A DNA stretch of 64,000 nucleotides from an uncultured delta proteobacterium (GTDB lineage Bacteria > Myxococcota > Myxococcia > Myxococcales > Myxococcaceae), in the NCBI GenBank assembly GCA_963771175.1, contig CAVYSY010000026.1:480001-544000 (forward strand), written 5' to 3'. The translations under genes and the position numbers were made by a program. Positions 35,445 through 46,644 of this stretch are shown one piece after another (position 1 is the stretch's first letter; every line of letters begins with the position of its first letter). Under the pieces are notes generated by a model. That model was not told where the DNA came from, searched no databases, and worked only from the letters and a program-made list of their open reading frames with translations.

Positions 35445-36104
35445 ATGGGCCCGATGACTCCCGAGGTCGCCCTCTGTGTCTTCGCCAAGCCGCCCCGCGC
35501 CGGGGAGGCCAAGACGCGCCTGACTCCGGCGCTCGGAGCCGAAGGGGCCGCCCGGCTCGCGCGAGCCTTCCTCCAGGACACCTGGGCGCTGGTGACGCGG
35601 ATGCCGTGGGCCGCACCGGTGCTCGCCTCGCCGGGGCCCTGGCCCGAGGGACTCCTGCCCGGCCCGGTGGAGGTGTGGCCCCAGGGCGAGGGAGACCTGG
35701 GCGCGAGGATGGAGCGCGTCCTCCGGCGAGCCCTGGAGCACCACCCAGCCGCCATCGCCCTGGGCGCGGACAGCCCGGGCCTGTCTCCCGAGCACCTGGA
35801 AGCGGCCCGAGCGGGTCTCGCGCACGCGGACGCGGTGTTCGGTCCGAGCGAGGACGGCGGCTTCTACCTGCTCGCGCTGCGACGCCTGCCCGAGGGGGCT
35901 TTCGTGAACCTGCCCTGGAGCCAGCCCCACACGCTGGAACACACCGAGGCGCGGCTGGTGTCGCTCGGACTCACCGTGGCGCGCGTGGCGCCGTTCTTCG
36001 ACGTGGATGTCCCCGAGGATCTCGCGCGCCTGGAGTCGGAGCTGGCCTCGGGACGACTGCGGGCCCCGGCCACCGAGGCCGCGCTCCGGGAGCTGCGGCG
36101 GTGA
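35445..36104 (+). CDS. TIGR04282/DUF2064 family transferase (CofC-like, arsenosugar-system associated)
   Basis: VFAKPPRAGEAKTRL, QGEGDLGARM, GADSP, FGPSEDGGFYL, DVDVPEDL. Confidence 0.88.
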   Translation: MGPMTPEVALCVFAKPPRAGEAKTRLTPALGAEGAARLARAFLQDTWALVTRMPWAAPVLASPGPWPEGLLPGPVEVWPQGEGDLGARMERVLRRALEHHPAAIALGADSPGLSPEHLEAARAGLAHADAVFGPSEDGGFYLLALRRLPEGAFVNLPWSQPHTLEHTEARLVSLGLTVARVAPFFDVDVPEDLARLESELASGRLRAPATEAALRELRR

Positions 36105-36790
36105 TCTCCATCATCCTCCCCGTGCTCAACGAGGAGCAGCGCGTGGGTCAGCGACTCGCGGAGCTGGCGGCCCTCGGGCCGGACCTCGGCGAGGTGCTCG
36201 TGGTGGACGGCGGGAGCACGGACGCCACCGTGGCCCGGGCCCGTGAGTACCCGGGCGTCACCGTGCTCTCCGCGCCCCGAGGACGTGCCTCGCAGATGAA
36301 CGCGGGAGCCGAGGCGGCTCGTGGGGACGTGCTGCTGTTCCTCCACGCGGACGTCGCCCTGCCCCCCGATGCGCCCCGGCACATCCGCACGGCACTCGAA
36401 GACCCGCGTGTCGTGGCGGGTGCCTTCAAGACGTGGACCGTGAACGACACGGGCCGCCGCTCGTGGCTCGGCCCACTGCTGCACGTCGCGGACCTGCGCT
36501 CGCGGTACACGCGACTGCCCTACGGTGACCAGGCGCTGTTCATCCGCGCCGACGTGTTCCGTCGCGTGGGCGGTTTCCCCGCGCAACCACTGATGGAGGA
36601 CCTGGAGCTGTCCAAGCGGCTGTGGCGCGAGGGCCACGTCCGCACGGTGGATGCGTGCGTCACCGTGTCCGGCCGGCGATTCCTCGCGCGGCCGGTGTTC
36701 TACTTCCTCGCGGTGAATGGCTTCCCGCTGCTGTACCGGCTCGGGGTGTCACCGGCCACGCTGCTGCGCGTCTACGCCCACGTGCGGTAG
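36101..36790 (+). CDS. TIGR04283 family GT2 glycosyltransferase (arsenosugar-system associated)
   Basis: GTGA overlap; ISIILPVLNEE, VVDGGSTD, GRASQMNAGA, LFLHAD, PYGDQALF, PLMEDLE, SGRR. Confidence 0.88.
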   Translation: MISIILPVLNEEQRVGQRLAELAALGPDLGEVLVVDGGSTDATVARAREYPGVTVLSAPRGRASQMNAGAEAARGDVLLFLHADVALPPDAPRHIRTALEDPRVVAGAFKTWTVNDTGRRSWLGPLLHVADLRSRYTRLPYGDQALFIRADVFRRVGGFPAQPLMEDLELSKRLWREGHVRTVDACVTVSGRRFLARPVFYFLAVNGFPLLYRLGVSPATLLRVYAHVR

Positions 36791-36791
36791 C

Positions 36792-37607
36792 TCACCCTTC
36801 GCGCCGCCGGAGGCGTTCCAATTCGGCCTGTGACTCCGCGAGGCGTCGCTCCAGCTCCTCGCGCAGCCGAGCCTCGTCCGCCAGACGCCGCTCCGCCTCC
36901 TCCAACTGCCGGGCCTCCTCGTCCACGCGTCGCTGCAGCCCCTCCACCAGTGATTCCATCCGGTCGATGAGCTCCTCGTATTCCAGCAGCATCGCGTGCC
37001 CCGCCCAGAAGCGGAGCCGCCCCTCCTCCACCTGCAGCTCCAGTCCCAGCACCTCCGAGGTGTAACGCCCTTGCGCCGGTGCGATGGGGACGTACTCCCT
37101 CGCCTCGGGCGACGGCAGCCGGTACGCCTCCAACCGCTGACGGGCCCGGTCGTAGATGAAGTACTCGGGAATCCCCAGCCGGGCGTAGCGCCTCACGTTG
37201 TACTCGGCGTCCTTCTTCCGGTCGCCGCCGACGTGGACCTCCATCACCCAGTCCAGCCCCTTGCCCTCATGGCTCACCACCCACTTCTGACGGGGGTGTG
37301 GCTCCGCATCGAGCACCGCCACCAGGTCCGGCGCGAAGCGTCGCTCGGCGGGGTAGTACACTGGCAGCTCCGTCCCCAGGTACACCCGCCGCCGTTGCCG
37401 GGAGAAGTACCCCTTGAGGGCCTGCAACGCGCCCATCTTCGCCTGGGAGTGCAGGTCTCCCTCGGGCATCGCCATCTCGTCCCACGTCACCTCCCCGGGC
37501 AGTGCTTCCACCACCCGGGCCCGCTCCTCCTGACTCATCCGCGCCCACTCTTCCCGAGAGGGCGCCCGGGGGAAGGCATCCTCTCGTCCCTGTTCGTCCC
37601 GTGCCAT
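36792..37607 (-). CDS. Uma2 family (DUF820) PD-(D/E)xK endonuclease with coiled-coil tail
   Basis: MPEGDLH, FAPDLVAV, VMEV, DRKKD...YARLGIPEYFIYD. Confidence 0.88.
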   Translation of the reverse strand: MARDEQGREDAFPRAPSREEWARMSQEERARVVEALPGEVTWDEMAMPEGDLHSQAKMGALQALKGYFSRQRRRVYLGTELPVYYPAERRFAPDLVAVLDAEPHPRQKWVVSHEGKGLDWVMEVHVGGDRKKDAEYNVRRYARLGIPEYFIYDRARQRLEAYRLPSPEAREYVPIAPAQGRYTSEVLGLELQVEEGRLRFWAGHAMLLEYEELIDRMESLVEGLQRRVDEEARQLEEAERRLADEARLREELERRLAESQAELERLRRREG

Positions 37608-37799
37608 GCCCGTCAGGGTGCGGCGAGCAGCGGGCCCGGTCAATCTCCCCCGCGGTGCCCGTGAGCAAGCGGTGGACCATGAGACACAGGCGCGCCGCTC
37701 CGAGTGAACGGGCGTGAGAAGCGCGGCGCTTCCAGGTCTTCCAAGGGCAGGGAGCGTCCCATTCCGCGGACGCCTTCCCCTGTCGAGATGGCTCGGAGC

Positions 37800-38174
37800 T
37801 CAGCCACAGCGGGGCGAGCGGTCCACCACCTCCTGGAACTCGAGACGGTTGCCGGAGGGGTCCCGGACGAAGAAGCGCTGGATGCCGGGCAGGGGCGAGC
37901 CTTCCTCGACACGCACCCTGGCCTCCTCGAAGCGGTCGCGCAGGGCGCCGAGTTCCCGGACCTCGAACGCCACGTGCCGCTTCGAGTCGGCGTTGCGCGG
38001 CTCCGGCTCGTAGGACAGGTGCAGTTGCAGAGCGCCGAGGCGGAACCAGGCACCGGGGCGCCGCTGCCCCTCCGCACGAGCGATCTCCTCGAGGCCCAAC
38101 ACCTCCGAGTAGAACCGCCGTGCGGCCTCCACATCATCCACGGCCAGATTCACGTGCGTCACGCGCCTGAGCAT
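37800..38174 (-). CDS. VOC/glyoxalase family protein
   Basis: HVNLAVDD...ARRFYSEVLG, QLHL, HVAFEV, RDPSGNRLE. Confidence 0.85.
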   Translation of the reverse strand: MLRRVTHVNLAVDDVEAARRFYSEVLGLEEIARAEGQRRPGAWFRLGALQLHLSYEPEPRNADSKRHVAFEVRELGALRDRFEEARVRVEEGSPLPGIQRFFVRDPSGNRLEFQEVVDRSPRCG

Positions 38175-38759
38175 CCCAAACGCGTACCACAGCCCGCTCC
38201 CTGGAGACACGCCACCAGCCGCGCCTCGTGTCTGCCTCTCCTCGGTCCATCCCTCGGTGTACGAGAGGATTTCCAATCCCTGGATGAGTCGGGGCAACTC
38301 ACCGTCCTCCAACAGGAAGCGGGCCGAGGGATGCGCGTGCCGTTGCAGGTTGCTCCGGGTGGGCTGGGCGAAGACGAGCAGTCCGCCCGGCGCGAGCACC
38401 TCGGGGATCGCCGCGAACAGCGGCCGCCAGAGGTAGTTCAAGCAAAGCACGACGTCGAAGGGCCCGGGAGGTAGCGGCTCGCGCTCCACGTCCAATTGCT
38501 GGACCCGGAGCGACACGCCCGCCTCTCGCGCGGACTCCGAGGCCCGCGCGAGCGCGACGTCCGAGATGTCCACCAGGGTGACGTCCAGGCCGCGCCTCGC
38601 GAGCCAGAGGGCGTCATGCCCGGGCCCGCCCGCCACATCGAGGGCCCGGCCCGTGCTCGGGAGCCGCTCCGCGAGGGACCGGAGGAATACGGAGGGCCCT
38701 CGTGCCTCCACCTGTCCCTGGTAGCGGGCATTCCACCTCCGCCGATCTTCCTCAGCCAT
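38156..38759 (-). CDS. Class I SAM-dependent methyltransferase (TehB-like); probable indel near 38236
   Basis: DRRRWNARY, ALDVAGGPG, VDISDVAL, VLAPGGLL; removing one base gives the ending WTEEGRHEARLVA. Confidence 0.8.
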
Positions 38760-39007
38760 GGCACCTCCAGAGCGGGCATGACCCGCGAGCACCCGAGAGG
38801 ATGCCATGCGAGCAACGAGACGGCCCCTGGGTTCGATGCTCGCGGACACGACGACCGCTCAGGGCCCGGGCCCGTCCCCTGGAGACGGCGCGTCCCTTCG
38901 GGCCTCACGGCATGCCCGGAGGGTCATGATGGGTTCAATCCTGGAATCAATACCCTCCCGTCCGCGGGCCAGAGGATGAGGGGATCTGCCCGGAAGGAAG
39001 GTGCCGT

Positions 39008-41398
39008 TTGCCCCACCAGATGGTCCATGGCGTTCCTGGAGAGTGGGAAGCCAAGGGGGAACACCAGCCGGTGGAAGACGAGGTCGAGTCGCGGGAGCTC
39101 GCCCTGTTGATGCTGACCCAGGGCGAGGAGGGTCCCATCGCTGGCTTGAACACCCAGGGGCACATCCAGCTCTGGAGCCGGGACGCCCAGCAACTGACCG
39201 GGCATGTGGTGGCGGACGTGCAGGGCGAGCCCCTCGGGGCCCTCTACCCGCCCGATGCGCGCAAGCTGGCCGAGCGAGCGCTGCGGCGCGCCACGCAGGA
39301 GGGACGCAGTGAGGAGGAGGGCTGGCGGGTGAAGCGGGACGGCACCCGCTTCCGGGCCCGGCAGGTGCTCACCGCCCTCCATGACGCGAACGGCCGGCTG
39401 GTCGGTTTCGCCTGCTCCCTATGCTCCTTGGAGCCGCAGGGCGTGGAGGTGGAGCGGCAGCTCAGCCACGAGCAGGCCGCGCGCGCGCGGGTCGAGACCA
39501 TCCTGGAGCAGCTCTCCGATGCCTTCCTCGTCGTGGACCGGGAGCAGCGGCTCACCTTCGTCAATCACCGGGCGACGGAGGTGCTGCGAAGGCCCCGGGA
39601 GCAGCTCCTCCACCAGCGGTTGGCGGAGATGTTCTCCGCGGACGAGCACGCCTCCCTGGTGCAGGCCACCCAGCGGATCCTCGAAGGGCAGACCTCCGCG
39701 GACTGTGAAGTGCTCCTCGATGGAATCTGGTTCGCCGGTCACCTCAGCGCCGCTGGCGAGGGCGTCTCCATCTACCTGCGGGACAACACGGAGCAGAAGC
39801 AGGCGGAGCAGGTGCATCGCCGCCTGACGTCCATCTTCGAGGCCACCCCGGACATGGTGGGCCTCGCGGATGCGCAGGGCCGGGGTCTCTACCTCAACCG
39901 CGCCGGCCGGCGCATGCTGGGGCTGGGCGAGAAGGAGGACGCCAGCGCCTGGCGCCTCGCCTCGGCCCATACACCCCGGGCCGCCTGGCGGCTGCTCACC
40001 GAGGGCGTGTCCACCGCGGTGCGCGAGGGCTCGTGGACGGGCGAGACGGCCCTGCGCACCCCGGATGGCCGGGAGCTCCCCGTCTCGCAGGTGCTCCTGG
40101 CCCACCGGGACACGAGCGGCCGGCTGGAGATGCTCTCCACCATCATGCGGGACATCTCGGACCGCAAACGCGCCGAGGAGGCGCAGCAGTTCCTCTCCGA
40201 TGCCAGCCGGGTGCTGGTAGCCGCGCTGGAGTACGAGGCCACCCTCCAGAGCCTCGCCCGGCTCATCGTCCCCCGCCTCGCGGACCTCTGTCTGGTGGCG
40301 ATGCTCGAGGGTGATGAGCTGCAGCGCGTCGCCATGGCCCACAAGGACCCGGCGCAGGAGCCGATGCTGGCCCTCCTCGAGCGCTTGAAGGTCAACCCGA
40401 ACGCGGCGGTGGGCGTGCAGGCCGTGGTGCGCACCGGCAAGCCCGAGCTCGTCCCCGAGGTGACCGACGCCTTCCTCTGGGCGACGACCGACAACGATGC
40501 GTACTACTCCGTCCTGCAGCAGCTCGGCTGGCGCTCGACGCTGACCATCCCGCTCGTCGCGCGCGGGCGGACGCTCGGTGCCTTCATCCTCGCCTATACG
40601 GACTCGGGCCGGCGCTATGGGCCTGCGGAGCTCGTGCTGGCCGAGGCCCTCGCGGCCCGCGCCGCCCTGGCCATCGACAACGCCCGGCTCTACCGCGCCT
40701 CGCAGCTCGCCACCCAGGCGCGCGATGACGTGCTGGCCATCGTCTCGCACGACCTGCGCAACCCGCTCAACGTCATTTCACTGGCGGCCAACCGCCTCCA
40801 ACGGCCCCAGTCACCGCAGCAGGAAGACGGGTGGCGCAAGCAGGTGGAGGTCATCCGGCGCTCGGCGGACCGGGCCGTGCTCCTCATCCAGGATCTGCTC
40901 GACGCGACGAAGCTGGAGGCGGGGCGGTTCACCGTGGCGCAGCTCCCCGAGGAGGTGAGTGGGCTGCTGAACGAGGCGGTGGAGCTGCACCGGCCGCTCG
41001 CCGAGGCACACTCGCTCGGGCTGGAGTGCCAGGTGGACGAAGGCGTCCCGGCGGTGCTCGCGGACAGGGGCCGGGTGCTGCAGGTGTTCTCCAACCTCAT
41101 CGGCAACGCCATCCGCTTCACGCCCGCGGGAGGCAGCATCACCCTGTGGGCGCGGAGGGAGGAGAACATGGTGCGCTTCTCCGTGGTGGACACGGGGCCG
41201 GGGATTCCCCCGGAGCACCTGCCGTACCTCTTCGAGCGCTTCTGGCAGGCCAAGGAGGGCGCACGGGAGGGAGCCGGACTGGGGCTCCCCATCGCCCGCG
41301 GCATCGTCGAGGCGCACGGCGGGCACATCCACGTGGAGAGCGCCCTGGGACAGGGCAGCACCTTCACCTTCACCCTGCCGGTGGCGGAACCGGGGTAG
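39008..41398 (+). CDS. PAS-PAS-PAS-GAF sensor histidine kinase (cytoplasmic, no adjacent regulator)
   Basis: [25 protein letters not shown]-box [35 protein letters not shown]. Confidence 0.92.
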   Translation: MPHQMVHGVPGEWEAKGEHQPVEDEVESRELALLMLTQGEEGPIAGLNTQGHIQLWSRDAQQLTGHVVADVQGEPLGALYPPDARKLAERALRRATQEGRSEEEGWRVKRDGTRFRARQVLTALHDANGRLVGFACSLCSLEPQGVEVERQLSHEQAARARVETILEQLSDAFLVVDREQRLTFVNHRATEVLRRPREQLLHQRLAEMFSADEHASLVQATQRILEGQTSADCEVLLDGIWFAGHLSAAGEGVSIYLRDNTEQKQAEQVHRRLTSIFEATPDMVGLADAQGRGLYLNRAGRRMLGLGEKEDASAWRLASAHTPRAAWRLLTEGVSTAVREGSWTGETALRTPDGRELPVSQVLLAHRDTSGRLEMLSTIMRDISDRKRAEEAQQFLSDASRVLVAALEYEATLQSLARLIVPRLADLCLVAMLEGDELQRVAMAHKDPAQEPMLALLERLKVNPNAAVGVQAVVRTGKPELVPEVTDAFLWATTDNDAYYSVLQQLGWRSTLTIPLVARGRTLGAFILAYTDSGRRYGPAELVLAEALAARAALAIDNARLYRASQLATQARDDVLAIVSHDLRNPLNVISLAANRLQRPQSPQQEDGWRKQVEVIRRSADRAVLLIQDLLDATKLEAGRFTVAQLPEEVSGLLNEAVELHRPLAEAHSLGLECQVDEGVPAVLADRGRVLQVFSNLIGNAIRFTPAGGSITLWARREENMVRFSVVDTGPGIPPEHLPYLFERFWQAKEGAREGAGLGLPIARGIVEAHGGHIHVESALGQGSTFTFTLPVAEPG

Positions 41399-41423
41399 GC
41401 CGCCGCCCGGCACGGGTGTCACC

Positions 41424-42186
41424 TCAGAAGAGCGTGTCGGCGAGCTTCGCCCGCGTGTCGCCGGAGAGCGCGGTGAAGCGCATCACCCGCTCGCCCCCGC
41501 GCCACACCTCGAGGGTGCGCGGCAGCATCTCGCCCGTGGCCGGCGAGGTGTAGTCCAGGAAGCGCACGTCCCACGCCGTGCCCTGTCCCGTCCTTGTAGC
41601 GCAAGCGCGCCGGCCGGAAGCCCTCCTTGTAGACCCAGAACTGCGGCTTGCCCTCGCCCGGCGTCCCGAGCACGTACACCACCTCGCCGTCGAAGCGGCC
41701 CAGCGACGTCGTGCGCGGCTCGATGCCCAGTGAGCGCAGGTGCGCCTCCACCACCTCGCGCCCCTCCACCGCCGAGTCCGCGCGCATCGCCAGCAGCGCG
41801 CACACCTGCTGCACCGCCTCCGTCAGCGCGGGAATCTCCGTGCCCTCCAGGCGCTTGCGGCCTCCGGAAGACACCGAGGCCACCGTGTTGCCCTCCGACG
41901 CACCGTCGCCTCGAAGCGGCAGCGGCCCGGCAGCTTCAGGTACACCGAGCCGTCCGCCTCCAGCTCGGGACGGTCCGCCGGCAGGCCCAGCGCCGCCCCG
42001 GCCTCCTTCACCGCCGGGCCCGTAGAAGTGCAGCGAGCCGTCCGCCTTCAGCGTGAAGAGCTGCAGTTCCTCGCGCCCCGCCACCATGCGGCGCATGATG
42101 GCGCCGCCGGGCAGCACGTAGGCGCCCGCACTGAGGGCCGCCAGGACTCCGACGAGGATGACTATCCGCTTCAAGGGGGTGGACAT
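41424..42186 (-). CDS. Exported hypothetical protein; frameshifted
   Basis: Signal-peptide-like N-terminus; YLKLPGRCRFE, SLGRFDGEVVYVLG, PQFWVYK. Confidence 0.55.
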
Positions 42187-42246
42187 ATGGGGCGCCGAAT
42201 CTAGTGATGGCCCACCCCTCCAGCAAGGCAGTTAGGATGCCCGCCC

Positions 42247-43125
42247 ATGTGGCCTCGCCTGACGCTCCTGCTCGCTCTCTCGCTCCCCGTCCTCGCCCAC
42301 GCCCAGGAGGCCGTCGCGCCCGACCTCTTCCGCAAACCACGCGCCGAGGACCTGCGTGACCTCCAGAGTGCGCGCGGCTATGGCATGGGAGGCGCATGGC
42401 GGGCCCTCGGCCTCGGCGCCGAAGCTGGCCTCGGCAACCCCGCCGCCCTCGCCGCCTTCCGCACCTACCGCGTCGAGCTCACCGGCGCCTGGGACTGGGA
42501 GGGCAAGGACGCCTCCGGCATGGTGGCCCTGGCGGACTCGTCCACCAGCGCGTTGGCCGCCGGGGTGTCCTATCAGCTCGTCTCGCTCGGCAAGGGGACG
42601 GAGCGGACCACTGCCCACATCAACACGATCGCCATGGGGCTGCCCATCGCCAACAGCCTCCTCATCGGCGTCTCCTCGCGCTACCTGCTGATGCGCGGGG
42701 CCGCGGCAGGCCAACGCCATCACCGGTGACGCCGGCATCATCTTCCGCCCGAACGAGGCCATCTCCCTGGGCGTCTCCGCCCACAACCTCATCAACACCC
42801 ACAACGCCGAGCTCACCCGCTACTACTCGGCCCACGCCGGCCTGCTCGCGGGCGTGCTGACCCTCGCCGCCGACGTGCGCGCGGACTTCGAGACCCGAGA
42901 GCCGCACCACCCTCACCTACAGCGGCGGCATGGAGTACATCTTCGGACAGAGCTTCCCCGTCCGCGCGGGCTACACCTGGGACGGCTTCACCCGCTCCTC
43001 GCAGCTCGGCGTCGGCATCGGCCTGATGACCGCGGGCGGGCGGCCTGGACCTGGCGTACCGCCACGACGTGGGGGGCGAGAAGGGACGGCTCGTCGCCCT
43101 CACCTTCAAGATGCAGGTGCGCTGA
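42247..43125 (+). CDS. Putative outer-membrane beta-barrel protein; frameshifted
   Basis: Signal peptide ending LAHA, SARGYGMGGA...NPAAL (FadL/PorV-like start), amphipathic strands, ends LTFKMQVR*. Confidence 0.55.
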
Positions 43126-43129
43126 GCCT

Positions 43130-46100
43130 TCAGCCGCGCAGCGGGAGGTAGCGCTCGGAGGCGGCGAAGCGCACCAACTCCGCCAGCTCCTGCTCGCTGG
43201 ACTTGAGGGCGCGCGCATCGCCGCCACGGCCGGCCCCGGGCCTCCGCAGGCGACGAGCCCCGCGCGGTTGGCCGAGTGGCGCGCGGCCTCCGCGAGCGCC
43301 GAGGCGTCGAAGTCTGCTGGGCCGACTCCAGCAGCACCCGCGCCCGCTCGTGGGACCTGGGGCGGCAGCGCATCGCGCACCACCCGGGCCTCGGGGCCGA
43401 ACTCCGTGCCACCGCGCAGCACCGAGGAGAGGATGGCCACCGCGCGCAGGAGCTGGTCCTTCTTGAGACAGCGCAGCGCGAGCAGGTCCGGCCCGAGGCC
43501 GAACAGCGCGCGCCCGGCGAAGAAGCGCAGCTCGGCTCGCGGCAGCGCCTGACGCAGCGCCAGCCGCCCCACCAGCAGACGCGGAGCCGCCCGGCGTGGA
43601 CGAGCGTGAAGGGCGGGCCGCTCGTCCTCGGAGAGGAAGATCTCCGGGAGCTGGGCGTCGAGGATGCGCGAGACGAACAGCAGCGCCTCCATCGCGGCCC
43701 GGGCACCGGGGCCCGAGTCCGGACGGAACGGCTCGGAGGAGCCGGCGGCCCGTCCGAAGGCGGGGAAGAGGCGGCAGAGGGCGAGGCCCACGGAGGCGAG
43801 CAGCTCACCCGCTGGGCTTGCGCAGACCGGGGTGGCGCAGGCCGGCGCGCTCCTCGGGGCTGAGCGTGCGACGCGGGGGACGGGGCGCCGCGTCCTTCTC
43901 GTCCCGCGAGCGCGAGGCCACCTCGGCCATCAGCGAGGCACGCGCCGTGTCGCCCCGAGCCGAGAAGAACTGCCGAGAGCTCCCGGTAGGAATTCGCATC
44001 GAGCGGATGTTCGCGCACACGCTCGAAGGCCGCTGGGCGGGCCTCCGTCTGGGCCGGAGCGGGTTTCGCCGCGGAGGGCGCGGCGGGCGCTGGAGCGGCG
44101 GAAGCCACGGGTCCACCTCGGGCCCGGCGGCGAGCGGGATCCATCTTCCCCGGGGGAGCCTCCCAGGCGAGGACCTGAGTGCCTTCCACCTGAACTGAAG
44201 CGGAGGGAGGCGCCTCCTGTTTCCAGTTGGGGGCGAACTCACCGATGGCCGGCATCTCGAGCACGGTGGGCGCGGAAGCGGGCTCGGTGGCGCGAGGCTT
44301 GGGCGTGAGCTCCACCTCGCCGGGAGGCGGGATGAGGACGACGGTGCGGGACCCGCTCGGCTCCTGCCTGGACATGACGTTGCTCGGCAGCTCGGGGTGC
44401 AGCGCCGGAGCCACACGCTCGACGATGGCCCCGCGCAGGTTCTCCGCGCGGTTGGCGTACACCAGCGAGCGAGCCGCATCCCCGAGCACCTCGCGGCAGA
44501 AGCGCGCGAGCCGCTCCCAGGTGCCGAGGCGCTCGGTGTCGTCCTCGGTGGCGGTGGCGGCGTGCTCCATGGCCCACGCGGCCTCGCCGTGCTGCTTGAG
44601 CGCGATGAGCCGGTCCACGAGCAGCAGCCACGCCTCCTTGTGGCCGGGCTCGAAGCGGACCGCCTGGCGCAGCTCGGCGAGAGCGGCTTCGCGGTCGCCC
44701 GCGGACTCCAGCGTGGCCACCAACTCCAGCCGGAACCCGCGCGCCACCAGCCCGCGCGGCTCGCGGGCGATGCGAGCCCGGAGCAATCGGCTCAACCCCA
44801 CCCTGTCCCCGAGCTGCCTCGCCAGCTCCAGGAGCCGGTCCTGCGCGAGGGAGTCCTCGGGGTGCTCCGCGAGCACCTCGGACCAGGCCCAGTGGGCGAG
44901 CCGCGCGTCGGCGAGCGCTCCTCCGGCGTTCTCCGCGAGACACCGAAGCCCCTCCAGGCGGAAGGGCGTGCGACGGGGCACGGCGGCGAGCGCGGCCCGC
45001 AGGCGCTCGACGGCCCGAGGCCGAGCCGCGTCGGCCACGCACCGGACGAGCCCCATCAGGGCCGGGAGAGAGCCAGGGGCGAGGTCCTCGGCCGCCTCGA
45101 AGTCCGCACCCGCGAGGACCCGCTCGCCGATGGACAGCAGCCGCTCGCCGCGAGCCAGGAAGGCGGCGGCGCGGGCGCGGGGGTTGCTCGCGCGCTGCAC
45201 CGCCTCGTCGAGTACGCGCCGCACCGCCCAGTCATCGTTATCGCCGCGCTGGGACAGGAGCCGCACCTGCTCCGCGAGCGCGGTCTTGTCCCCGGTGAGG
45301 GAGACGATCTGCCCGTACACCCGAGCGGCGCCCGCGGGGTCCTGCAGCTCGTCCTCCAGCACCTCGGCGAGCCGGGTGAGGGCCTCGGCGCGAACCGACG
45401 GGTCCTTCGCCCCATCGGCCCGGGCCAGGTAGAACTGCGCCAGCTCGCGCCAGGCGCGGCGCGCGATGAACTGGGCCTCGATGCGGGAGTCTTCCGGGTT
45501 CTCCTGCCGGGGAACGAGCGGGCGAGAGGGCTCGGCGTCCTCCTCGTGGCTCCAGGCCACGGGAGCCTCCGCCCTGGCCGCACCCGGTGGCGGAGTGGAT
45601 GGAGCCTCGGGCCTGGTCGCCGGAGCAGAGGACTCGGCGGTGCCTTGCTGCGAGAGGGCGGCGACCTCGAGGGTCTCGTGCCGATCATCGGAGACCGCCT
45701 CGGAGGAGTCCGCCCCCGAGGTTGGGGCGGGAGCACCCGCGAGCACGTCGGGCAGGTCGGACGCCTCGGAGGTGACTTCGTCCTCCAACCAGGGAGAGGG
45801 CCGCGGGAGGGACTTCCGCTGCTCGCTGGGGGCACGCGGCTCGAAGCGCGCATCCGGAGGGGGGGCGGACTCCGCCGTGGGCTCGTCTTCCGCCCAGGGG
45901 ATGGCGGGCACGACGGTCCCATATACCCGGGTCCCGCTCTCGCCGACCTCGCGCCGGGAAGGCGGTGGGGCTGGGACGGTCCCGTATATCCGCGTCCCGC
46001 CCTCGCCGACCTCGCTCCGGGGGAGCCGTTGCTTGACGGTCCCGTATATCCGCGTCCCGCCCTCGACGAGCTCCGCCCCGAGGGGGCTTCTGGGCGGGAG

Positions 46101-46623
46101 GCTCCGCGTCCCGCATGGCCTCGGAGCGCCCGGAGGGGGTCTGCTCGTGGGGGTTGATGCGACGGGAGAGCACCTCGATGAGCCTCCGGGCGCGGCGGTC
46201 TCCGGGGGACTCGTCGACGAGCACCTGGAGCGTCTCGATGGCGCGGGGGAGCTGCTCCACCCGGCGCAGCAGGCGCGCGAGCCGCAGCCGCACGGCGCGG
46301 CGCGTGTCCCCCCGGGTGTTGCCGAGCGCGGACGAGAGGAGCGCGATGGCGGCGGCCTCGGTGCCCGCGCGCAAGGCGAAGGCGACGAGCACCGCGGCCA
46401 GGCGCGGCGTCATGGGCACGGCACGGCTGGCCCTGACCAGCTCGCCGAAGGCCCGAGCGGCCTGCCCCTCGTTCAGCAGGCGGGCGGCGGTACGCCGGTG
46501 ACGCTCCACGACATCGGGCACGTCGGAGCCATCTCCGGGCGCAGGCATGCCAGCGGGCGAGCGCTGGTGCGAATCGACCGCCTCCGACGAACCGGCGCCA
46601 TTGCCGTTTCTCACGCCACCCAT
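43130..46623 (-). CDS. Large TPR-repeat protein with Pro-rich linkers; frameshifted
   Basis: Helical TPR-like repeats (ALTRLAEVLEDELQDPAGAARVY, ALAELRQAVRFEPGHKEAWLLL); C-terminal ELRFFAGRAL, SANRAGLVAC, LVRFAASERYL. Confidence 0.7.
45912..46073 (-). repeat. Three ~40-bp in-frame coding repeats (periods 63 and 60 bp)
   Basis: GACGGTCCCRTATAYCCGSGTCCCGCYCTCG at 45912, 45975 and 46035; minus strand encodes E(V/L)(G/V)E(G/S)GTR(I/V)YGTV. Confidence 0.85.
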
Positions 46624-46644
46624 GGGTGGGGCAGTCTACACACG

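Noticed and set aside
37800..38759. VOC and MTase as ArsI and ArsM completing the arsenic cluster
   Set aside because: The VOC lacks the vicinal Cys pair of ArsI, the MTase lacks the ArsM cysteines, and both are on the opposite strand beyond Uma2
37800..38849. Apparent methyltransferase-glyoxalase fusion ORF (349 aa)
   Set aside because: Removing one base near 38236 restores a normal MTase ending (GRHEARLVA) with its own stop, and the VOC gene has its own ATG; likely an indel artefact
45912..46073. Possible mini CRISPR array
   Set aside because: Only three degenerate repeats, spacers shorter than the repeats, periods divisible by three, located inside a coding gene, and no cas genes in the window
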